From an uncultured Bacteroidales bacterium (lineage in GTDB: Bacteria; Bacteroidota; Bacteroidia; Bacteroidales; GCA-2748055): a DNA stretch of 64,000 bases. Below are positions 10,516-19,345 of this stretch, one piece after another. The position numbers and the translations under genes are program-made. A model generated the notes under the pieces. That model did not search any database, was not told the origin of the DNA, and saw nothing but the letters and a program-made list of their open reading frames with translations. Every line of letters starts with the position of its first letter. Within the stretch, counting starts at the first letter, position 1. The stretch covers positions 169,255 to 233,254 of the forward strand of contig CAWBWE010000020.1 of NCBI GenBank assembly GCA_963792395.1. The letters run 5' to 3'.

Positions 10516-12383
10516 TACTTTTTCAGGTCCTGTCTTAGGTTGTAGGATTCGATGATGGAATTAAGCATTCTTTCAGTTTCTGATGCACCTTCTCCCAGGA
10601 TAAATCCGATTTGTTGCGCCAGGCTCAGGTTTTTGTCGATGACTTCTGTGAGTCTTTTTACCACCTCCTCTTTTTGCACTTCCGGAGCTGACATATCGCG
10701 GATCACTGCTCCCACAATCTTATCCTTTTCGATGACAAATACACTGACATTCAGGATTTTACCTTCGTGCCGGATATCCCTGTTGGTGATGGATTCATTG
10801 TGTGCCAGAACGTAGGTGAAGAGGTTGTAGAAATTGTAGGGGAGGAGGGTCTTTAAATCAGCTCCTGCAAGTCCGGGGACCACTTCGTTAATCTCCCTGG
10901 CATCTTCACCAAGCAAGGCGATAAAACTGTTCATTGGTTTGAATAATCTTCAGGTTCATGTCGCAGATGACCACCATGGAGGGTAGTTTATGCAGCATCC
11001 GCCGGACAATTTCAGAAGCTTCCCTGGCCGCATTCTTCTCCTTTTGGGCAAGTGCGTTCTGACTCTTTGAGGGCCTCCTGGGCCTGGGCCAGCTTTTCGT
11101 TGCTGATTTTGAGGGACTGAATGTGATCCTGCCGGTTCCTGGATGCATAGGTGTTGCACATTTCAGGAATGGCCAGCCCCTGTGCAATGGCGATGGCAAA
11201 GTCCGTGCAACTTGCATATCCACAGGCCCCGCAACCCACATCTGAGGGATTCTGCTGGTCCAAGTTCTTCCAGTATTTGCTTCAGATGGTTTTCTGAGGG
11301 GACGGGAAGGGATTGATCGTCTGCCTGGAAGCTGCGTTTCAGATTCAGGGAGGCAAACTCGGTCAATGCTGGCTTCCCAGGCATCGCGGTCCAGAGTCTT
11401 CAGGCGTTTTTCCACATATTTGATCAGCTGACTTCGCCTGAGGAATCTTTTACCTCCGGCACTTGTTCCCCTTCCCATGAGGAACTCTTTATAAAAGAGG
11501 TTAAAATGGTGTTCGATGGCTCCAATATTCTCTTCAAACTCTTTAATGGCATCCATCATTCCCTCACCTTCTACAGTGATTACGGGGCTTAGGTGCAGCT
11601 CTTCTTCGATTTCCGCAGCCTGTATGATTCCATTGGCCACCGGGAAAAAGGAGCCCTTATATCCAAGGGGATCATCAAAATCACTGTATTCCAGATCAGT
11701 TTCATGAATGCTGGGCCTCCGTGAAAAGCTCCCGGAGTTCTACAAAGGTGATGGCCAGGTCGATTCGACTGTCCCCTTCGAAATCGTCTGATCTCATCTT
11801 TGCTGGCAATTAAGGGGACTGATATAGACCAGGACCACTTCCTCACCTGCAATCTTCCGCACCACCATGGCCGTAGCAGCCACTGGAGGGAGAATGGGGG
11901 CCAGGTTGGGTACCAGGCCAGGGCTGTATTTTTCCACAAAGGAGACGGTCACCGGATCGTTTGACATGATATAGTATTTCCCCTTGCTCTTTTCAAAAAG
12001 CTCATTGTAGGCCCGGGCCACCAGATCCACCCCAAAGGCCACTTCATGAACATAGTCAAATCCCAGGTTCACGAAGCATCTGGACAAATTTTCTGTAATC
12101 CGTGATGTCGGGAAACTCACCTGCAATGGACGGATCCACCAGGGCAGCCACTTTCTTTCCTGCTTGTCAGGAGTTTATTCAGCTCATTTTTGGAATTACG
12201 TATCTCGATGGCCCCTGGTCCGCAAACAGCCACACAGCTTCCGCAGCCAATACATCTTTCGGGGATGATCTCTGGTTTCACCTTTTCGCTCTGTACCCTG
12301 ATGGCTTTCACCGGACAGGCCCTGACACATGCATAACAGGCGATGCAGGTTTCACTGTTTATTTTCAGGAGAGCTTCCATCAT
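10515..12383 (-). pseudogene. [FeFe]-hydrogenase-like sensory protein (2x[4Fe-4S] ferredoxin domain + degenerate H-domain + 4-Cys motif + PAS), frame-disrupted
   Basis: The N-terminus carries CIACYACVRACP and CIGCGSCVAVCP. The H-domain is a paralog of ORF 16940-18928, but the cluster cysteines are substituted (see findings). The C-terminal motif is CGACGYASCTDFAIAIAQGLAIPEMC. The PAS-like tail lies at 10515-10934. At least 5 frame breaks. Confidence 0.75.
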
Positions 12384-12391
12384 AGTTTGTT

Positions 12392-12646
12392 TTACATCTC
12401 TCCGAATTCATTTTCCAGGATCTCCAGGACATTCTCGTCACTTACCTCTTCATATACCTTTTGTCCAATTTTTAGCACCGGTCCCTCATTGCAGTCACTG
12501 AAACAGTGATTTCCTTTCAGGATAACCTCTCTTTCCAGTTGATGGTCCTTCAGGTATTTCTGAATCACCTGCAGTGTTTGTTTGTTTCCCCGGCTGAAAC
12601 AGGAGCTGCCCATGCAGATCTTAATCTCCTTTTCAAACAGTGTCAT
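12392..12646 (-). CDS. thioredoxin-like [2Fe-2S] ferredoxin (NuoE-fold, stand-alone)
   Basis: Intact 84-aa ORF. The cysteine pattern CMGSSC...CFSDC (Cx4C...Cx3C) is typical of NuoE/HydC-type 2Fe-2S domains. It is the first gene of the minus-strand sensor operon. Confidence 0.7.
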   Translation of the reverse strand: MTLFEKEIKICMGSSCFSRGNKQTLQVIQKYLKDHQLEREVILKGNHCFSDCNEGPVLKIGQKVYEEVSDENVLEILENEFGEM

Positions 12647-12660
12647 TTCGGTTGAGCATT

Positions 12661-12668
12661 CAAAGTTA
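12661..12668 (-). promoter_or_regulatory. candidate Bacteroidota -7 promoter element (TAacTTTG) for the ferredoxin/sensor/phosphatase operon
   Basis: The plus strand reads CAAAGTTA, which is TAACTTTG on the minus strand. This is an exact match to TAnnTTTG, 15 nt upstream of the ATG at 12646. Confidence 0.3.
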
Positions 12669-12708
12669 ATAAAATCAGTTCAGCTGTCGTAATTTATAAT
12701 CTATTCAA

Positions 12709-12745
12709 ATTGATTACTGTTTTTCAAATAACAAACATAATCAAT
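12709..12745. promoter_or_regulatory. 8-bp perfect inverted repeat ATTGATTA-N21-TAATCAAT in the divergent hydrogenase promoter region
   Basis: The arms lie at 12709-12716 and 12738-12745. A third ATTGATT copy lies at 12789-12795. Read directly from the sequence. Confidence 0.3.
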
Positions 12746-12752
12746 ATCTTTG
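12745..12752 (+). promoter_or_regulatory. candidate Bacteroidota -7 promoter element (TAtcTTTG) for hydCBA
   Basis: Exact TAnnTTTG match, 57 nt upstream of the hydC ATG (12809) and immediately upstream of the palindrome at 12760. Confidence 0.35.
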
Positions 12753-12759
12753 AGCGTTC

Positions 12760-12772
12760 TGTGAATATCACA
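12760..12772. promoter_or_regulatory. perfect palindrome TGTGA-ATA-TCACA (candidate operator)
   Basis: A 5+3+5 perfect inverted repeat, located where a transcription start would be expected downstream of the -7 box. Confidence 0.3.
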
Positions 12773-12808
12773 ATATTTCATGTTAAAAATTGATTCTGAT
12801 CCATTGCT

Positions 12809-13285
12809 ATGGATGAGCCACAGCACGAATAGAAGAGATTCTGCAGCGGTTTCCCCAGATCAAGAGGAATGCGCTGATTCCCCTGCTTCAGGCCATTCAG
12901 GATGAATTTGGATATATTTCTGAAGAAGCTATTGGCGCATCGGTGCTCATCTCTCTCTGCCCACCAGCAAGGTATACGGCCTGGCTACATTCTACAACCA
13001 GTTCACTTTTTCACCCAGAGGATTTTACCATGTGATGCTTTGTAATGGAACTTCCTGTCATATGGGAGGTTCCGGGGAATTGGTCAATGAAATCACCAAA
13101 CTGCTGGAGATCAAAGATGGAGAAACAACGCCGTGACGGACTTTTCAGCCTGGAAGTACAATCCTGTATCGGGGCCTGCGGACAATCACCGGTAATGGCG
13201 GTCAATGGGACCTATTATTCCGGGATCGACGGTAAAAGAGGTTAGGGAGATTATCAAACAATACCGGGAAGATGCAGAGAGATAG
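12809..13285 (+). pseudogene. hydC: [FeFe]-hydrogenase NuoE-like subunit (HydC), frame-disrupted
   Basis: Across frames it reads EEILQRFPQIKRNALIPLLQAIQDEFGYISEEAI...KVYGLATFYNQFTF...YHVMLCNGTSCHMGG...LFSLEVQSCIGACGQSPVMAVNG...VREIIKQYRE. This is the NuoE 2Fe-2S pattern. At least 3 frame breaks. Confidence 0.75.
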
Positions 13286-15208
13286 GGAGCTGTTACTGAA
13301 GCTGGCACAGAGTAATGGTTCTGAGCTGAATCCTGAAGAACAAGGCCTGAGGGACAAACTCAGGAAGATCCAGTGTAGACCAGGCCACTGGTCATGGTCA
13401 ACAGTTCAACTTCCGGAATTGTGGCCGGATCCCAAGCCACATGGAAAGCCATTGAACAGTATGCTTCGGATCGTTCCATAGAAATTGAACTGGCTGAAAC
13501 GGGAAGTATCGGACTGAGTTCAGAAGATCCGGTTGTTTCTGTTCAGATGCCGGGCCGTACCACGCATCTTTTTCAGCAGAATCACTGCAGAAAAGGTTCC
13601 CATCTTGCTGGATGATCTCTTTCACCAGGTGGTTCCGGATCAGATGCGTGATCGGCCAGCTCTCACAGGAAGGACAGGAGGCCTGGGCAGATGTTCCTTT
13701 CCTGGATGAGATTCCCTTTTTCGCTTTGCAGAGCCGGATGGTGATGGACGCCTGCGGAATCATCGATCCCTTTTCTCTGGAGGAATATGTGGCAGGCGGC
13801 GGATACAGGGCATTTCTGCTTACCATCCGCACCTATACCTTTCGTGAAGTTTGCGAGCTGGTGAAGAAGAGTGGTCTGAGGGGCCGGTCCGGCGGAGGTT
13901 TTCCCACGGGTGAAAAATGGAAAGCAGCCTTTGAGACTCCCTCGGATCAAAAATATCTGGTATGCAATGCCGAGGAGAGTGATCCCGGGGCCTTTATGGA
14001 TCGAACACTGATGGAGGGAAATCCATTTCAGTTGCTCGAAGGTATCTCCATTGCAGCCTATGCCATCGGGTCCAATCGGGCCTATATTTATATCCGCAGT
14101 GAATACAAGGATACCATCAGGCGTATCAACCATGCCATTAAGGAACTAAGGGAGATGGGACTCCTGGGGGATAATATCCTGGACAGTGGGTACAATCTGC
14201 AGATCTCCCTGCGTAAGGGTCCTGGAGCCTTTGTATGTGGTGAGGAAACTGCCCTGATAGCCAGCCTGGAAGGAAGAAGGGGAATGCCCGCTGCCAAGCC
14301 GCCCTATCCCTCCACTTCCGGTTACCTGGGACGTCCAACCGTGGTAAATAATGTGGAGACCCTCTCCAATTTGCCCGGGATCATCCGAAAGGGTCCGGAT
14401 TGGTTCAGAGGAATAGGGATGGATGGGTGTCCCGGGACCAAGATATTCAGTATCTCAGGCCGGGTGGCACTTTCCGGATTGGTAGAGGTACCCATGGGTA
14501 CCTCCTTTAATACCATTGTCAATGAGATTATTGGAGGGGTCAGAAAGGGCCGGGAACTGAAAGCACTACATGTGGGTGGCCCATCGGGCTGCATGGTTCC
14601 GGTGGAACTGATGGATCTACCCGTGACTTATGAGACTCTGAAGGAAAAAGGACTGGTCATGGGTTCGGGGGGAGTTCTGGTGATGGACGATAAGACCTGC
14701 GTGGTAAATACGGTCAGGTACTTTATGGAGTATTTGAATAAGCAGAGTTGCGGTAAGTGTATCCCTTGCAGGGAAGGAACAAGGCGAATGGCGGAGATCC
14801 TGGCCAGTATTACCCGAAAACCGGTGGATGAGGAGGGGACATACCACTCTGGAAAGGTTCAAAGGAGTGATGCAACTGGAAAGCCTGGCTGAGGTGATGA
14901 AGGATACTTCGCTTTGCGGTCTTGGACAGAATGCCCCTAATCCGGTAGTAAGCACCCTGAAGTATTTCAGGCACGAATACGAGGAGCATATTTTCGACAG
15001 ACGATGTCCCTCCAACACCTGCACGGAATTACGTACCTGGTTCATTGATGTGGACCTGTGCACCGGGTGCTCCATCTGCGCCAAAAGGTGTCCGGCCGAG
15101 GCCATCATTGGTACTGCCAGACACCCCTATTTTATTGTGCAGGAGAAGTGTATTGGGTGCGGGATCTGTTTTGATGTATGCAAGTTTTCGGCCGTCTACT
15201 ATAAATAG
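13272..15208 (+). pseudogene. hydB: [FeFe]-hydrogenase NuoF-like flavoprotein subunit (HydB), frame-disrupted
   Basis: The main fragment 13612-14892 has the FMN/NADH motifs GLRGRSGGGFPTGEKW, YLVCNAEESDPGAF and GAFVCGEETALIASLEG, plus the N3 cluster motif [11 protein letters not shown]. The C-terminal fragment 14828-15208 carries two 4Fe-4S motifs ([23 protein letters not shown]). At least 3 frame breaks. Confidence 0.85.
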
Positions 15209-15211
15209 GGA

Positions 15212-16939
15212 ATGATGGGAATTAAGCTGGAAGTTAACGGGACAAATATTGAAGCGGAGAAGGGGGAGACCATACTCTCCGCCCTGAATCGCCATGGCAT
15301 GCATGTGCCTACCATCTGCAGCATGAAAGACCTGACTCCCTCCGGAGCCTGCCGCATGTGTGTGGTGGAGGTGGAAGGAAAGGAAAACCTGGTCCCATCC
15401 TGCTCCTTTCCCGTGGAAGGTCCCTTGAAGATTAAAACCCACTCTCCCAGGGTTCTGAGGGCACGAAAGACCAATGTGGAGTTGTTACTGTCCAATCATC
15501 CAGACGATTGCCTCTACTGTGAGCGGAACGGTTCCTGCGAATTGCAATCGCTTTCCGAGGATTTGAATATCAGGGAGCGACGGATACCGGGAAAGCGAAC
15601 CCTTCATAAAATTGATAAATCAAGTCCGGCCATTATCCGGGATCCTTCCAAATGCATATTCTGTGGAAGATGTGTCAGGATCTGCGAGGAGATAATGAGT
15701 ACCTCTACTCTGGATTTTGCTCACCGGGGAAATGAATTGAGGATATCCACCACCCTGGGCAAGCCCTTGAATTATTCCAATTGCACTTCCTGCGGTCAGT
15801 GCCTGATCGCCTGTCCCACGGGGGCCCTGATCGAACATGTTCAATTTCCGGAGCTTGAAAGCCATATTCATGCCCCCGGGAAACTGGTGGTGGCCCAGTA
15901 CAGTCCGGCTGTGGCTATTTCCGTGGCTGAAAAGCTAGGGTATAAACCCGGAACCGATATGAGTGGCATCATCAACACCGTGTTGCACCGCTATGGATTC
16001 GACAAGGTTTTTGAAAGCTCTTTTGGAGCCGATCTTTTGATTCTGGAACAGGCCGAGATATACAAACAGGTAAGGAGCAGACAACAGGACTTTCCCCTGA
16101 TTACCAGCTCCTGTCCGGCCTGGATACATTATGCAGAACAGTATTATCCGGAACTGCTGCCTTTCCTTTCTCCCCTGAAGTCACCCCAGCAGATTAACGG
16201 GGCACTGATCAGGGAGTGGTATGCAGGAAACGGAAAGCAGGCGGATAAAGAGATTGTCTCTGTGCTGATTACTTCCTGCACGGCTGCCAAGGCAGAGGCC
16301 AGACGAATGGAGATGACCCGGGCAGGACTTCCCGTGATTGACCTTGTGCTGACTACCCGTGAGCTGCTGAGAATGATTAAACTCAGCGGACTGGAGCTGG
16401 ATCAGCTGGAGCCGGAACTTCCTGATGCCCCCTTCTGCTCTTTTGGTTCTGCCGGAAAACTGTCGGGAATTGCGGGTGGAGAAGTAGAAGCCACCATTCG
16501 CACCCTTTATGCGCAATATGCAGGGACAGAGATGCCGCCTTCGAAACTGCACAGGTTCCGGGTGCACAAGTCCTACCGGGAAATGAGCGTTAAAGCCGGC
16601 TCCTCGGAGATCAGGATAGGGGCAGTCAATGGACTGGCTAATGTGCATGCCGTGATTGAGGAGCTTAAGGCGGGAAAAAAGAAGCTGGATATTCTGGAGG
16701 TGATGGCCTGCCCGGAAGGATGTATCAACGGGGGAGGCCAACCAATCCCTGTGGATGATAAATTGCTTCGTGCCCGTTCTAAGGCCATCTACGACCTGGA
16801 TAACGGGAGCGAACTGCATACCGCTCATCAAAATCAGCCTGTTCAGGATATTTACAGGGATTTACTGGGGGAACCCGGAGGTCCCTTGAGCAGGAAGCTG
16901 CTCTATACCACCTTTTTTAAGCGGGAGGTTTTGCTATAA
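15212..16939 (+). CDS. hydA: [FeFe]-hydrogenase large subunit (HydA-like, M3 architecture) with non-canonical L1/L2 motifs
   Basis: Intact 575-aa ORF. It has an N-terminal 2Fe-2S domain (CSMKDLTPSGACRMCVVEV) and ferredoxin-type clusters (CIFCGRCVRIC, CTSCGQCLIACP). The H-domain L3 motif is EVMACPEGCINGGGQP. L1 reads TSSCPAW and L2 reads TSCTAAKAE. Confidence 0.9.
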   Translation: MMGIKLEVNGTNIEAEKGETILSALNRHGMHVPTICSMKDLTPSGACRMCVVEVEGKENLVPSCSFPVEGPLKIKTHSPRVLRARKTNVELLLSNHPDDCLYCERNGSCELQSLSEDLNIRERRIPGKRTLHKIDKSSPAIIRDPSKCIFCGRCVRICEEIMSTSTLDFAHRGNELRISTTLGKPLNYSNCTSCGQCLIACPTGALIEHVQFPELESHIHAPGKLVVAQYSPAVAISVAEKLGYKPGTDMSGIINTVLHRYGFDKVFESSFGADLLILEQAEIYKQVRSRQQDFPLITSSCPAWIHYAEQYYPELLPFLSPLKSPQQINGALIREWYAGNGKQADKEIVSVLITSCTAAKAEARRMEMTRAGLPVIDLVLTTRELLRMIKLSGLELDQLEPELPDAPFCSFGSAGKLSGIAGGEVEATIRTLYAQYAGTEMPPSKLHRFRVHKSYREMSVKAGSSEIRIGAVNGLANVHAVIEELKAGKKKLDILEVMACPEGCINGGGQPIPVDDKLLRARSKAIYDLDNGSELHTAHQNQPVQDIYRDLLGEPGGPLSRKLLYTTFFKREVLL

Positions 16940-18928
16940 ATGGAACAGTTACAGAAAAAGAGGGGCCTGGTTTACACGGTCAAGGATTTGTGCCGGGTAT
17001 GTTATACCTGCGTCAGGGAGTGCCCGGTGAAAGCTATCCGGATTGTGGACGGTCAGGCCGAGGTGGTGGTGGAAAGATGCATAGCTTGCGGAAACTGCAC
17101 CATCGTTTGTTCCCAGGGAGCAAAGGTATATGAGCGCTCCGTCGACCGGGTGCATGCGCTCCTGCAGTTCGAAAAAGAGGTGATTGCCATTGTTGCACCA
17201 AGTTACGTTGCTGAGTTTGAAGAGATTCCGGATATGGCTCTTTTTGCCGGGATGTTGAAAAAACTGGGATTTAGTCAGCTCTTTGAGGTGGGTATGGGAG
17301 CCGATCTGGTGGCAGAAGCCTATGAAAAACTGATCAACGGATCTCCGGGCAAAGGATTCATCAATTCCGATTGTCCGGCCATTGTCTCCTATGTTCAAAA
17401 ATACCATCCCGATCTGATTGGTACACTCACCCCGGTGGTTTCCCCTATGGTAGCAACGGTAAGGTATATCAGAGAGGTAGAGAAGAGCCAGGCAAAGGTT
17501 GTTTTTATCGGACCCTGTGTGGCCAAAAAAGAGGAATCCCATGAAGTGGATGAGGTGATTACTTTTGCAGAATTGCGAACCATGTTCACCTCCATACGGA
17601 TCAGGGCTTCCAATGTGGAAGCTGCGGCCTTCTCCCCGCCACTGGCCAAAAAAGGGGCAGGTTTTCCCGTAAGCAGAGGCTTGCTTCAGTCTATGAACCT
17701 GGAGGGAAATCATGTGGACCAACGGGTCATAGTAGCTGAAGGCCGGGTTCATTTTCAGGAGGCCATCCGGGAATATGCTTCGGGCAGGCTGGGTTCCAAA
17801 CAACTTGAATTGCTCTGTTGTGAAGGGTGTATCATGGGCCCGGGAACCAGTCCCGGTGGGAAGAAATTTGTACGCAGAAGCCTGGTGCTTAATCACCTGT
17901 ACGAAAGAATTGACCAGAACCATGGAGAGAGTGAGGCCATAAGGCCGGAGGGCATTCATCTGGATCTTAGCCGCTCCTTTAGAAGGGATGATCAACGCCT
18001 GCAGGATTCATCGGAGGATGAGATCCAAAAGGTGCTTCAGCAAATGGGAAAATTTTCCCAACAGGACCACCTGGATTGTGGCGCATGCGGGTATGATACC
18101 TGCCTGAGCCATGCGCGGGCCATTACACAGGGACTTGCCGAGGTGGAGATGTGCCTCCCTTATTCCATAGACACCCTGCACCGGACCATACACAAGCTGG
18201 ACGATTCCAAACACAAGTTGCTCTCCGTGGAACAGGCTCTCAGGCAGAGTGAAAAGCTGGCACATATGGGTCAGCTATCCGCGGGGATCGCTCATGAATT
18301 AAATAATCCCCTGGGTGTGGTGATTATGTACAGCAACCTGCTGCTGGAAGAGGTGGGAAATGACCGGCAGTTGAAGGAAGACCTGGAATTAATTGTGGAG
18401 CAGGCCGGGCGATGCAAATCCATTGTGGGCGGATTACTTAATTTTGCCAGGAAGAACCAGGTAAGGTACAGTACCATGGATCTGGAAGAGTTGATGAGGA
18501 AAAGTACAGGTTCTCTGATTTTTCCGGAAAACATCCGCTATACCCTGAACAACCAGCTTTCCAATCCTTTTGCCGAAATGGACGGGGAACAAATGGTCCA
18601 GGTCATCAGCAATCTCTTAAAAAATGCAATGGAAGCCATGCCCGGGGGTGGGGCCCTGACCGTAAGCCTCACTGACAGCCAAGACTGGGTGAATATCAGG
18701 ATCCAGGATGAAGGCAGCGGGATCTCCCCCGAAGAGCTTGAAAAGGTATTTGAACCCTTTTATACGACCAAGGGAATTGGAAAGGGGACCGGACTCGGAT
18801 TGGCGACTACCTATGGGATCGTCAAGATGCACCGGGGACAGATCGATGTGAACTCCAATACCAATCCTGAAAAAGGAGCCACGGGAACCGAATTCATGGT
18901 GAAGCTTCCGCGAAAGCGTGCCACCTAA
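16940..18928 (+). CDS. sensory [FeFe]-hydrogenase-like domain fused to a histidine kinase (HydS-HK)
   Basis: Intact 662-aa ORF. The N-terminus has 2x[4Fe-4S] motifs (CRVCYTCVRECP, CIACGNCTIVC). The H-domain has L1 NSDCPAIV, L2 GPCVAKKEE and L3 LLCCEGCIMGPG. A 4-Cys motif CGACGYDTCLSHARAITQGLAEVEMC follows. HisKA reads SAGIAHELNNPL. HATPase_c reads NLLKNAMEAM...GTGLGLATTYGIV. Confidence 0.85.
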   Translation: MEQLQKKRGLVYTVKDLCRVCYTCVRECPVKAIRIVDGQAEVVVERCIACGNCTIVCSQGAKVYERSVDRVHALLQFEKEVIAIVAPSYVAEFEEIPDMALFAGMLKKLGFSQLFEVGMGADLVAEAYEKLINGSPGKGFINSDCPAIVSYVQKYHPDLIGTLTPVVSPMVATVRYIREVEKSQAKVVFIGPCVAKKEESHEVDEVITFAELRTMFTSIRIRASNVEAAAFSPPLAKKGAGFPVSRGLLQSMNLEGNHVDQRVIVAEGRVHFQEAIREYASGRLGSKQLELLCCEGCIMGPGTSPGGKKFVRRSLVLNHLYERIDQNHGESEAIRPEGIHLDLSRSFRRDDQRLQDSSEDEIQKVLQQMGKFSQQDHLDCGACGYDTCLSHARAITQGLAEVEMCLPYSIDTLHRTIHKLDDSKHKLLSVEQALRQSEKLAHMGQLSAGIAHELNNPLGVVIMYSNLLLEEVGNDRQLKEDLELIVEQAGRCKSIVGGLLNFARKNQVRYSTMDLEELMRKSTGSLIFPENIRYTLNNQLSNPFAEMDGEQMVQVISNLLKNAMEAMPGGGALTVSLTDSQDWVNIRIQDEGSGISPEELEKVFEPFYTTKGIGKGTGLGLATTYGIVKMHRGQIDVNSNTNPEKGATGTEFMVKLPRKRAT

Positions 18929-18945
18929 TTAATTAAAAAGAAGTA

Positions 18946-19341
18946 ATGAGCGAGATAAAAAAGAAGACCATTTTGCTGGCTGACGATGATCCGGATTTGA
19001 TATTCCAGGTGAAACATCACCTGGAGCGCTGGGGATATGAGGTGGTTGCTGTGGAGTCGCGCGCGGATGCCGAACGATACCTGGAGAGTGGATGCCCCGA
19101 CCTGGCCATCCTCGATCTGATGATGGAGGAGGAGGACAGCGGATTTATTCTCTCCTACCGGATAAAGAAATGCCGGCCCGGGGTACCGGTGATTATCTCT
19201 ACGGCCGTGACTGCCGAGCGGGGTATCTCTTTTGATATAAACAGTCCGGGGAGCAAGTCCTGGATCAGAGCGGACCACTACCTGGAGAAGGGCTACAGAA
19301 TGGAAGAATTGAAATTACTTGTCAAAAAATACCTCGATTAA
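18946..19341 (+). CDS. single-domain response regulator (receiver only)
   Basis: Intact 131-aa ORF with ILLADDDPD...DLAILDLMM...VIISTA receiver motifs and no output domain. Confidence 0.85.
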   Translation: MSEIKKKTILLADDDPDLIFQVKHHLERWGYEVVAVESRADAERYLESGCPDLAILDLMMEEEDSGFILSYRIKKCRPGVPVIISTAVTAERGISFDINSPGSKSWIRADHYLEKGYRMEELKLLVKKYLD

Positions 19342-19345
19342 TCCT

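Noticed and set aside
12760-12772. TGTGA-ATA-TCACA read as a canonical Rex or CRP/FNR operator.
   Set aside because: The half-sites match, but the spacer is 3 nt, whereas Rex and CRP/FNR sites have 6 nt between TGTGA and TCACA. I kept it only as an unassigned palindrome.
16949-17995. A 348-aa ORF on the minus strand. Similar long antisense ORFs lie at 26391-27248, 36926-37654, 52401-52958, 59603-60346, 13398-13832, 38006-38521 and 43168-43644.
   Set aside because: Each lies entirely antisense to a gene with strong motif support. Their translations are low-complexity (rich in Gly, Pro, His, Arg) and lack any recognisable motif. They are typical shadow ORFs.
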